Part shown: in pieces, positions 25,876 through 36,715 of the stretch | Numbering within the stretch: position 1 is the stretch's first letter | Layout of the letters: each line of letters starts with the position of its first letter | NCBI GenBank assembly: GCA_965112155.1 | Contig: OZ218099.1 | Strand: one strand, 5' to 3' | Source of the DNA: Podarcis liolepis | Taxonomy: Eukaryota | DNA length: 64,000 nt | The notes under the pieces: generated by a model | What the model saw: the letters and a program-made list of their open reading frames with translations, nothing else | The model's database searches: none | What the model was told of the DNA's origin: nothing | Program-made: the position numbers and the translations under genes

Positions 25876-26841
25876 CAGTGGCGTAGCGTGGGGGGTGCAA
25901 GGGGTGCCAGCCGCACCGGGCGCAACATCTGGGGGGGCGCACTCGCCACCTCCAGAGTCGCCGAAGAGCCTCGGGGCTCAGCTCCTTTGGGAGGAGGGGT
26001 CGGGCTGGGTGACCAGGGGGAGTAGCAGGCGCTAGCAAGGAGGTCCGGAGCCGGAGCCTGGCCAGGATCGGGCGCGGGCGCGGGATGGGGCGCAAGAGGG
26101 AGGGGAGAGTCGAGCCTGTCCGCCCCGCGAGGACTGCTGCGAAGAGGCGGGAGGGAGAGGAGGCCCCTTGGGAGGAGCGGGCAGGTGCTGGGGCGGCAGT
26201 GCCGGGCGGGGGCCGAGGGGTGGGCGCCCCCCTGCGCGGGCATCGCCTCGCCGCCGCCGCGGGCTTGGCTGGGTGACCGGCCGAGGGGAAGCGCCAAACA
26301 AGGCCAGGATCCAGGCCCCCGCTCTCCTTATTTGGCGCCCATTTCCGGCTCCCGGGTGGCCCCCTCCCACCCGCTCTCGCTACCAGTGGAAAGAGAGACG
26401 GAGGAGCAGCGGAACCCGCAGCCTTTGCAGGCGCTGCCGGCCGGGAGAGGGGAGCGCGGCCCCGGCCAGCCGAGGGATCTTGTGGCGAGGAAGGAGCCCA
26501 GTCTGCGCCCTCCTTCCCCACAGAGCTGCAGAGGGAAATCAAGGTTCTCCTGCTAGTTTCTCTTCTTCTCTCCCCCCCCCCACTGCGTTACAACCGTGCC
26601 CCCCCTCTCGGTGCACATAGCACGATTGCAATCTCTCTCTCACCCCCCCCAAGTTAAACTAATGGAGCAAGCCAGCGCCAAAGATTTGTAGAACTGTGAA
26701 TACCCGGCCCAGGCAGCAGCAAGAAGCTGGCAGCGGCGGCAGGTTAGGGGTTAGGGGCGCAAATTACTTGCCTTGCCCCGGGTTAGGGGGCGCAAATTAC
26801 TTGCCTTGCCCCGGGTGCTGACAACCCACGCTACGCCGCTG
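25876..26841. mobile_element. Non-autonomous hAT element, 966 bp, GC/CpG-rich
   Basis: TIRs cagtggcgtagcgtggg / cccacgctacgccgctg (1 mismatch). Perfect 8-bp TSD tgtcacag at 25868-25875 and 26842-26849. Confidence 0.9.
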
Positions 26842-29379
26842 TGTCACAGCATGTGTGTAAAGGTGTGATAAACTCCATAACACATTTATGTCATTTCTCT
26901 AGGGCTGTGTCCTACATTTTTATCCTACACTAAAGCTGCAAGCCTGCGCAAACTTATTTCTGAGTATGCCACATTAAAGACAGTAGAAATAGGATTGTAA
27001 AGCAGTCCGGGAAGTTTTGACTTAGAAGTGTCCAAAGTCTTGCTTTAATTAGTACCTTGTTTCCCTTCCCTTCCATTGCTGGTTCCAGAAATTCTCATAT
27101 TGCAGTGGGAATTCCCTGCTTAAAAGTGGGTGTGGGGACAGATCTGTAGATTTAAATTGTAGATTTGTTGGCACATTGGTCCGAAAATGCAAGGTTTCCA
27201 AGAAGTCAAGTGACACCTTATTGGGGCCATCCTGAGAAAATAAGGCAGCTTTAGAGTTGTACCAAATTAGGACCCTAATAGGGGTCCTAATTTTAGCTTA
27301 TGGAAGGCAGTGTATTGGCTGTTGCCTGTTCCTCATCTTGTATATTCTATTTTAAAAACAAACTAGTTCTTGTCCTCAAAGGAAAAGCAACAATGAAGAA
27401 TTGCACAGAAGCTTACTGCTACATAGAGGGTAAGGAAAATACCTATTAGAACCTCCACCCGCCTGATGACATGGAATTGCTCTACCTAGTATAATTTCTA
27501 ATGCCTTTTCCATGCTAGTTTATATCCCCACCCCTGAGATGGGATTTTTAGCTGTGCTGATTACACATGCCTCCCAGAAATAAACAAATATTCTACTTTT
27601 CTGTAGTACTTTCAATATAAAGTAGACATCTTTACCCAGAAACAGAAAAGCCTCAATATAAACAAAATGCACAATTAATTCATCAAGCACAAAACAGAAA
27701 AAGTCAATTTTCTTTATCAGAAGCACATGCCGGCTATCAGCTCCCCTACTTGGTGAAAATACGCAATGTAAAGAGCTGCCAACCGATAACGTGATGAACA
27801 TTTAACTGTGTCTGATGGTTTTATTGGTTGCTGCTGCTGCCATGTGCGATAATAAAGAAAGTTGGTCTAAAGTAATTTGGATCAAACACTGAACTACATT
27901 CACATATAGGACATTATAGGCAGCATAAGACTGTTTTCCTTTTAAGCAGAAGCTGGGCCATTTATGTTTTTATTAAGATTTCACGCCATATACTGTGATC
28001 TCCGTTTAATCCAAAGCTATTGTATGATTGTGACTAGTGAGACTTCAAAGGCATGAAAAGTCCCTTCACTGTTACATAGCCATCTCCCCCCCCCCCACAG
28101 AGCCCCCCTTCTTTTCTATCCTCCTGATTCACTAGCTGAGCTCAGTCTCTTTCTGCCACAAATATATTCTCAGAGAATTTGCAAAAAGACAGTGGGTTTT
28201 ATCTAGTGAAGTCATCCCATTACTGCAAGGACTTCCACCTGTAGCTCAAAAGTTCTTCCAATGAATCTCAAAGTTAATCTCAGCCATTCTAACGATTTCC
28301 TTTGACACAAACTTCTCTGCATCACTGCACATAGGACTGAGCTTAGATTTTCAGTGTCCATATTCTCGTGCTCCGGCTCCCTCCTCTGTGGTTGGCATCT
28401 TAGGTTCCTCCTTGGGCAACAGCTATGGGCACTATTGCTTCACAAGAACACCATTTCATAACTTATTCCCCACAAGAGACAGAGAAACAGTGGGAAACCA
28501 ATGACCACCACCCCAATCCTAGTATATGTGAAGAGGACCTCCAGCTTCTATTGCAAGCAAAGTCTTAGCCCAGCTCAGAGCCATAGTAAGATAATTTATT
28601 CCTTTTTTTGCCTTTGGAGGCAAGCAGAACAACTTTTCCAGCTCTGTTCTTCTATACCTCTTGGGGGCTAGTTGAGAAGCTGATGACCCCATTGCCTGCC
28701 TCAAGCATTATACCATGGAAATATCTGTTCGTGCTGCAGACACTAAGGAGGAGATACGATCATTCCAACTGACTTCCACCTTTTGTTGTGATGGGGGTAC
28801 TTTTTCTTTAGCAGTTGCCCAATGGCCCCAAATACTGCAAATCCAGCTTTTCCAAGTAGCCCTACTTCCAAAAATTTAACACAGCCCTAACTAGAAGAGT
28901 TACCTGGCCTGTTTATTGAAATGCTAAGACTCTTCAAGGTATATTCCATGCTGGTGGTCCTAGGCTGCTGTCCTATTCTCGGACTAAGTCCAATTTAATT
29001 CCTTAGGGCTTATTTTTTGAACGTATGTAGGATCATTTTGTTTTGTTAATTTGTTAATTAGTTACAGGATGTAACTGGAAGTAGGCGATGTCTTTAGTCA
29101 CCTGAGAAGAAGTGGGTATGAAACAGTTCCAGAGGGATGGTCACAAGATCACATGTTCTAAATGAGTTGTTCTTTAATAACTCTGAACTTAGAGTAATGA
29201 AGGATGTAACTGCACTATAATGTCCTCTATAATCTACTGGTGAAGGTAGAAAATAATAGAAAAAGAACCAGCAGGAAGACTCCCAAGAGAACATGTGGCT
29301 TTAAGCCAGAGAGCCCAGAGTCTGAAAACACAAATAGCAGCTTGCCCTAGAATCCAGTCTCCAAAGGAAGCTCTTTAAA

Positions 29380-30530
29380 AATGGACAACTGACTAAAGGA
29401 ACTTTTAAGAGCTAAATACACATAAATAAACCACAGCAATGCTGATGAAGGGAAAACCAGAAAGCCCTGTGTGGTTTGTTTGATGGCAATAAAATAAGTG
29501 GGCCACAGATTCAGCAAAAGATTAATGGTAGGTGTCTTGGCAGTTTCTAATACAGGAAATCAGCAAGCAGGCAAGGTAAATGCTTCTTGTTTTAAAAGCC
29601 AGCTTGTGTAAAAATATTCATTGGACTGTAAGATGGCATGATACTGTATATTAAAGATTGCCTTAATATATCCTTTCATATTCAGTCATGATGCTATAAT
29701 TCATAGGATGCAGGAGTGTGTGTTTGTAGGTGTTTATGTAGGTGTAGACTGTAGGCAACAAAACCATATCAAATTACTAGTGAAAGACTCAGAGACCACA
29801 ATATGTGATTTTCAAATCCATTGTGAAATGCACTTCAGATTGTTCGTCTAAAGCATCCCGTGGATCTTGGAATTCAGAATCAAAGCCTTCCCTACTGAAC
29901 TGTCTGACCAAAGACTTGGAAAGCATGCTGTGACATCAGAGCAACTAAGCCAATTGCAATTGGAGAGTTACAATATTGGGGGTCTTCTTTAGGCATTTAA
30001 TGGCATAGAGATCCTTGCATCTTTAGAGTAAGGAACCTGGCCACTTGCAAGAGTAACAAGCCTACTGTGGCATGAGAGCATTAGCATCAATAGTAGCAGA
30101 GCAATCAGAGGGGATGCAGTACTGTCAAAAAAGAAGTTTAACAATATTCATTGTCTGTCATCCAGGCAGGCTCGCACATATTAATACTGAACTATCAAGT
30201 CATATGAGTGACTGATTTTCAATACATATGTCTAAGCAATACAGAATTCATAAGAATCAGTGCTAAATTCTGTTACCTGTATAAATTATACAAATTGGAC
30301 AACTTCACATACTTTATTTTGCAATTTAACAAATTTGCATAATTCAAACATGGGGAAGGCAAGGAGCCACTGGAAATCTTTGACATCACCTGTCTGACTT
30401 CTTGATATCTCAGCACAATTTAAAGCATATATTTCACACTATTTATGCCATTTTAAGCATATCTTCAAATCCATAAGAAGCAGAAATTACTCTTTTTAAA
30501 GCTGAAAGCTGATATTCTCAGGGAGTTGAA
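29380..30530 (+). pseudogene. Possible highly decayed hAT (Charlie/Buster) transposase
   Basis: Short peptides occur in the expected order: PCVVC (BED-finger-like), IHCLSSRQAR (resembling HCxxHRQAL) and TEFIRISA (resembling VNFIRARA). No long ORF remains. Confidence 0.35.
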
Positions 30531-31977
30531 TTCTCTGCTTTTTCCTGCAATACGGCTATTGTTTATGCCAGAGGTTTTCAACCTTTTAAAGTCTACAGCT
30601 TAAAACTACATTCTTTCTGCTTCCCATCTTCCCTTGTTGAGTGTACCCTCAGCCTAGAAACTGTCCAGCACTGGCATTTTCATCCCTCCATCACTCTTGA
30701 GTATGGTAGACAAAAGTGTGCCAACTAGCCCTGGTGGAACGCTGAATGCATCAGCTCCCATGGTACAAAGGTCTTACTAAGACTGATAAGTTTAAGGGTA
30801 CCTGGTGATTCCCCCAGGTGTTTGTTACTTGATCTGAAGGGCACATTCAAACTCCAGTCTCACAGCTCAGTCTTTGGAGACACTTAGTTTAGGACAGTGA
30901 TCACTCGTGATTTTTGGTTTACCTCACATAATATTTTTATTCAATTTTAGCTTTGAGGTGCTTTCTCCCAAAAAGTTATATGCTGCAACGTATTTGCAGC
31001 TCCACTGTGCTGTTTACGTTTCTCTCTTTTATTGTATTATCCTTTCTACCATTTTTCTTGCTCTGTTTGTCCTCCTTTGAGTCTTGTAGCTGCTTTCTCT
31101 ACTTGCATAACAGAATGAAATAAAGGCATATTTGAGGGGTGGGAGGGGAGAAAATTGTAGCTGCTCAGGTACCGATGGCCAAGCTAGGAGTCCTTCCTGT
31201 TCCCCCAAGAGTCTCTTGTGCCCTTCAAGTGGGGAGGGTGGCCCCTACCGATTTGAGAAATCCTGATCTAATGCACAGTCTCCAGTAAGGCTTAATTAAG
31301 GTCTATTTATTCCTCAAGGAGGAAGGGAAAGCAGTTATTAAATTGAGCTTGGGTGCGTGGGAGCAAAGCTCTTCTCATGAGCAGTTGATTTCCTGATCAG
31401 TCTTGTTTGTACTGCCAGTAACAGCTGATTAGAGGCACTGTCAATAATGTCTCTGTGTTCGGCTTTCTCGTGAGGAGGGGGGCTGAGAGATGAAGATACA
31501 CTTGTAGATGGAACTGTAGGAGATGTTTCACATATAATTTCCTGAAATACAGTTTAGTATATTGGTCTTTTACAAAACAGCTAGCACTTGATTTTGAAAT
31601 AATTCTCTTGTACACTTTGTAGACCCAGAAATGTGTATACTTTACAACTGGTTTTGACTTTAATCATCAGTATTCTATATTTTACTCAGTTTTTGGACCA
31701 GAGCACATAATATGCCTTCTACCAGATCAGACTGTTCATCCATCAAACCCAGTATTGTTCACTTTGCGTGGCAGTGACTCTCCAGGGAGTCAGGCAGAGG
31801 CATCTTTAACATCACTTGCAATGTGGTTTCCTAATTGGAGATGCCAGAGATTTAACTTGGGGACAAAGCATGTTCTCCAACACTGAATAGGGTAGTAGTC
31901 TGGCTAGTGCTTTCTGTATTCTGCAATGTGTGTCTTATGAATGGGTAAGGTGGATAAGTAGAATGCAAACCCTACTC

Positions 31978-32423
31978 CAATGGTTTTCAGACTTTCTTGT
32001 CTGGACCAAACTTCCTTGTCTGAATAAAAATTTGTTCACGCCACACCAATTATTTTTTTTTACTGATAAGAAATACATTGGGAAACAAAAAGAAACAACC
32101 CCTGGCAGTGCTTGATTTATAACAAGTGAAATCAATTACCTTATAAGATGATCGTGGGGCATCCAGCAAGTATAAAACAACAAGTCTTCTCCAGCACTCT
32201 TGAACCGTGATTCTGGATCATAGCTAGGATTGTCCTCAGTATCGATTGATGCTCCTGTTCTCATTTTGAAAAGATACCTATCCATATTCTTTAATATAAA
32301 TATATAGAGATACAGTACAGATACAGATACTATACTGTACTGAAATGTTTAAATGTTTCTTTGATTGTCCTTGAATCTTCTTGCCACACCAATACGGCAC
32401 GCCACACCCTTTGAGAACCTCTG
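31978..32423. mobile_element. hAT-Charlie-type non-autonomous element
   Basis: Ends caatggttttcaga / tttgagaacctctg. TSD ccctactc / ctctactc. Confidence 0.62.
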
Positions 32424-34210
32424 CTCTACTCTGTTGCCCTTTTCATGTTCCGATCTTTATTGAATTAAAGATTGGTTAAAGATTCTTCAAACTCCCCCCC
32501 TCCCCTGAGCTGTGTTGCAATCTATTTTATTTTGTCTTTGCAATGCCTTGTAGGTATATTCCATTTATAGAACTGATCTTCTTTTGCGCTTCAGTGAATG
32601 AAGTCTGAATCAAAATCACTGATATATTGGTATTGTAACTGAAGTAGTGCTTAATACTGTTCCGTCTTTCATCTCCTTGGCACTGTGTATTTTACTTCTT
32701 GAATTGTGGGTGGGATGTGGGAAGCCATGTCCTTTTAAGCATGGATTCTACTTCCTTTAATTGTCAGGCCCACTTCCTTCTATCTGCTTTCCAACCAGTT
32801 CCTGTGGTATAGATCATCCTTGTTCATGTCTGACTACATATTGCTATTCATATATTACAAACAGGAGGAGGATGCCATTAAGAGTCAGTTCATCCATTTG
32901 TCTTCCACATGTATGGTTACCAAGCTCTTTGATTTTGTAGGGGAAGTGAACTCATCTTAGGATAAAGTTTGCAGGAAATACCCTATAATCAGTTTAGAAG
33001 GCAGTTTTCATTTTCTTGGAACTCTTTTTGGTAACCCATGTGTTGCACAAGAAGCCTTCAAGTGAGGGCTGAATTTTTTTGTTCTCATCTCTTTTTATAT
33101 GAATAAGAAAACCAGTAAACCCACTGCCACTTAACACTGTGCTAACGGTTTTGAATGGAGGATGCAATCAATCATAGGAATTAGATGTGAACTAGCAATT
33201 ATAGAAGCCTTGGAAACAGATCTGGAGCTTGGTCTCACTTAGTTTTTCACCACTGTCAATCTGAAGCAGCTCCATTGGACATTCCAGAGCTGATTTTGTT
33301 GGTCTTTCATTAAATAAGTTATTACTTTTTACAGAACATGTGCAACATTGCTATTAAAATTGATTTTTTTCAAATGTATGCAGCCGTGGGATGTATTATT
33401 AAGTTTATAATATGAAGTATTTAAAAGGCCTCAAGTGATCAATACAAATAAGTGCTTTATAACTAGAGAGACCCGAGGTCTCATTGACTTCAATATTTGC
33501 CTTCATGGGGGCGCAGAAGCATAATGCGAGGAAAATGTTCTGCTGCATTAGAATTAAAAACCCATGCAGATCTCTCTGGGACAGCACTTGAGGAGCTAGT
33601 AATGATTCAGTTACTGCTGGAAAATCCATTAGGATTACCACTTCTGATGTAGTGGATGTTCTTACAAAGAATGATAGAAAAAATGACAAAGCCAGATTTG
33701 TTGATGTTCCGATCATTTTACTTTGCCTGTGGTTGCGATCCTGTTACAGACTTAATCCTACTAAAAAGCACCATTGAACTCAGTGGGATAGAATTGTGTT
33801 GTAACGTAAGGAAAAGGGCCTTTTCAGTTGTGGCATTCCTTCCTTAGAGAAGCCCAGCTAGCGCAATCACTACTGTTCCTTGAGAAAACAGTGAAAACAG
33901 GTTTAGATAATTCTCCACGTTCATTTAATCCTACTCCAGGGCCCCCAGTACAGGAGCAATGCTTCTTTGGGAGCATTGGGGAGGTATGTAAGTTGCTGCT
34001 TTCCCTGCCCCTATCTCCTGGTAAGCCCCCCTCATACACACACAGGAACAGGGCTGTATAGGGGCAGCACTGGGGGCACTTTGCCCAGAACCTCCTCAAA
34101 ACCGGGAGCCAGTTATGTATCCGGACTTGAGAGGATACTAGGAACAAAATAGCCTCATAATCAGAGTTGTCTCAGAACAGTTCTGTGATAGGAGAGCTTT
34201 ATTACAGAGG

Positions 34211-34211
<1 letters not shown>

Positions 34212-34241
<30 letters not shown>
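34212..34241. repeat. (TG)n microsatellite
   Basis: Read directly from the sequence. Confidence 0.95.
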
Positions 34242-34244
<3 letters not shown>

Positions 34245-35064
34245 ATTATAAAGTGACTTCTAAAAACATTTTGCCATCATCTTAAATTTAAGAAATAATT
34301 GATGTTGGTGGGTGGCATAAAGGGTGCTAATTGGTTCCTGTAAATCTTTTAAGTGCATTAGCGGGATGTGCTCATAATGAAATATCTAGGAGCTTCATAG
34401 CGCACGCTTGGCTCATCTGCTAGCTGTATTTTGTTTCATTTATGGAGAAGGGTTTGTGTGGCACTCATCACTGTATCACCTGAGCATCTTAATGCACCAC
34501 TTTAAAAAGAAGCAAGCATTGTGTTGTTCCTTTTATTCCCTTTACAAAGGAAGCAAAATCAGAGGTAAATATTTAGAAGGAAGGAAGCACGGAAGGGTCC
34601 CATCAATTTCTAAATAATCCCCTTGACGTTCATGGGATATATCCAGAGCTGGTGATTTGTCAACAAGTTCACCTCCTGATCCTAACAGAAAGCAGGTTAT
34701 ATGCTAAGAAGGTTTTTAAAAATATACCCCTTCCAGCTCAGAATTTCTGGACCCCACCATGATGTAGCCAGATTGCATGATTTATCTTTTGACAGAACTC
34801 TGCCTCTAATTTCCATTGGAATATTTGAAATGATTTGGTATCATTGTCACTGAACAATCAGAGCACACCAACACACCAGGGTTTGGGGGATTAAGGGAGA
34901 GAACCAGTCCTATTTATTTCTCGTGCTTTGAAATCCCAGTTCACATTCTGATAGTTTTAATAGTTTTTATTCTTGCAGAATCCCTGTGGGGTAGGTAAAG
35001 GGCATTTTCAAAATAAAGCAGACAGATTTTAAGTGCCTTTCTTAAAGCTATCTACAGAAAGAAC

Positions 35065-35073
35065 ATTATTATT

Positions 35074-35104
<31 letters not shown>

Positions 35105-35122
35105 CTATTGTTATTATTTATT
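35065..35122. repeat. (ATT)/(TTG)n microsatellite, likely the tail of a minus-strand LINE
   Basis: Read directly from the sequence. Followed by aaatttatataccacccttcat. Confidence 0.85.
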
Positions 35123-36546
35123 AAATTTATATACCACCCTTCATTTACAGCATAAGAATACCAAATGAGAACACAAAATATGTAACAACGACAACTAAAC
35201 CAATAATCCCCCTCCCACAAAAACGTATAAAAGGTCATAAATTAAAAGTAAGATAAACATTTGGTGCATAGGAAATACTGTCTCTGATTTGAAATCTGCC
35301 TTATGCTGCTTTTAAAAAAAGGATGCCCACATGCTTACTGCTGAAATTTGCCAAAAGAGTAAAATAAAAAAGAAGACAAAAGACTTAGGGCTTAGGCAGT
35401 AGAGTTTCTTCCTGTTAAAATTGTAGGATTGCAGCAATATTTATTATATCTCAGTATCTAAGAATGGTTATATATGTTATACATATTAGTATGCGTGTGT
35501 GTGTCTGTGCGTGCGCACACACACAATTAGGTTTGTGCTGTTGGGAATCAACTAATGGCACAGCCAGTGGCCTTAAAATTGTTGCTCATGAGCAATTTTA
35601 TCATCCTCTCCAATATACTCTGCAGGGCGAAAGGAGTTCTGGTTTCAGTAAATTGATTTCAGTTGAAGTGCAGTTTAGCTGGAAATAAGTCTCAGTTATT
35701 GCACAAGGTGGTTCATCTGTTAATATTTCTCTCTGGCTTATTAAGCAATTCATTATCAGAACACTTCAAAAGTAGAAAAATGTGTATTTAATGGGAAACT
35801 GTTGATCCTCTTGCCATGGGACTAATATGAGCATGCCAAACCACCACACCTCTACCACAGAACATCATTATGAAGACGTGGTTGATGAGAGTCCAAAGAA
35901 AGAGAATTCTCAATGGGATGATTGGAGCCTCACCCTTGCCTGATGCTAATCTCAGCGGAGAGATTGGATTGGCAATGCAAAGTGGGATCCTTTTTTAATA
36001 GTGTTTTGTAGTACTGCCCTGGGGGTAGAAATACTGAAGGACAGGATATATAAATATAATCACAAACCAACCAACTAAACAAACAAACGGAGTTCTGTTT
36101 GTAAGTTTTGAATTTATGACTACTTATTTCAGACCGTTGTGAGGTTTTGACACATTTCATTGCCTTTTGCTGTCTATGAAAAACACTAGAGTTGACAACC
36201 TTCTTGCTGGCATTGCTCCTGTACCTGTATTTTTGCTCTAAAGCAGGACTGGCAGAAATTAAGCATTTGACACTTTCCTCAGAACATAGATCTGATGGGA
36301 AGCATCACCTGTTCTGTTTCTGCCTGTCATGCAGTTTTTAGGTGCAGCAGTCCTTCCTTTTAAAAAAGTTGGCAATTAGTAAACATCCATCAAGCAGTAT
36401 TTATATCCATTGTAACTTATTTTACACAAGGAGGGATATAAATAGATAGCTTCCTTTCCCTAGTGGTTGAACCACGGCTTTCCCAGGCCTGTTTTTATGT
36501 AGCAGGTCCCCGCTATCAGAATGCTCATTATCCAAAATCTCAGTTA

Positions 36547-36715
36547 CAGATAGGTAGCCGTGTTGGTCTGCCATAGTCAAAATAAAAAAATTCCTTCCAG
36601 TAGCACCTTAAAGACCAACTAAGTTAGTTCTTGGTATGAGCTTTCGTGTGCATGCACACTTCTTCAGATACTTAGTTGGTCTTTAAGGTGCTACTGGAAG
36701 GATTTTTTTTATTTT
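36547..36715 (-). mobile_element. Penelope-like retroelement terminal remnant with partial inverted repeat
   Basis: Flanked by the 16-bp direct repeat tccaaaatctcagtta (36531-36546 and 36716-36731). About 45 bp at ~36579-36623 recurs inverted at 36671-36715. Contains the hammerhead motif. Confidence 0.8.
36634..36671 (-). ncRNA. Minimal type-I hammerhead ribozyme motif in a Penelope-like element end
   Basis: The minus strand reads GUAU-CUGAAGA-A-GUGUG-CAUG-CACAC-GAAA-GC-UC-AUAC. That gives stem I GUAU/AUAC, core CUGANGA, stem II GUGUG/CACAC, GAAA, a palindromic AGCU stem III and the cleavage triplet CUC. Confidence 0.8.

Noticed and set aside
25809-26620. Cluster of long overlapping ORFs (up to 235 aa) on both strands
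   Set aside because: These are low-complexity Pro/Ala/Gly/Arg frames caused by stop-codon scarcity in the GC-rich hAT element, with no recognisable domain.
27195-27262. Possible second Penelope-like end (gtgacaccttattgg...agctttagagtt)
   Set aside because: It is too degraded, with no CUGANGA core or TSD.
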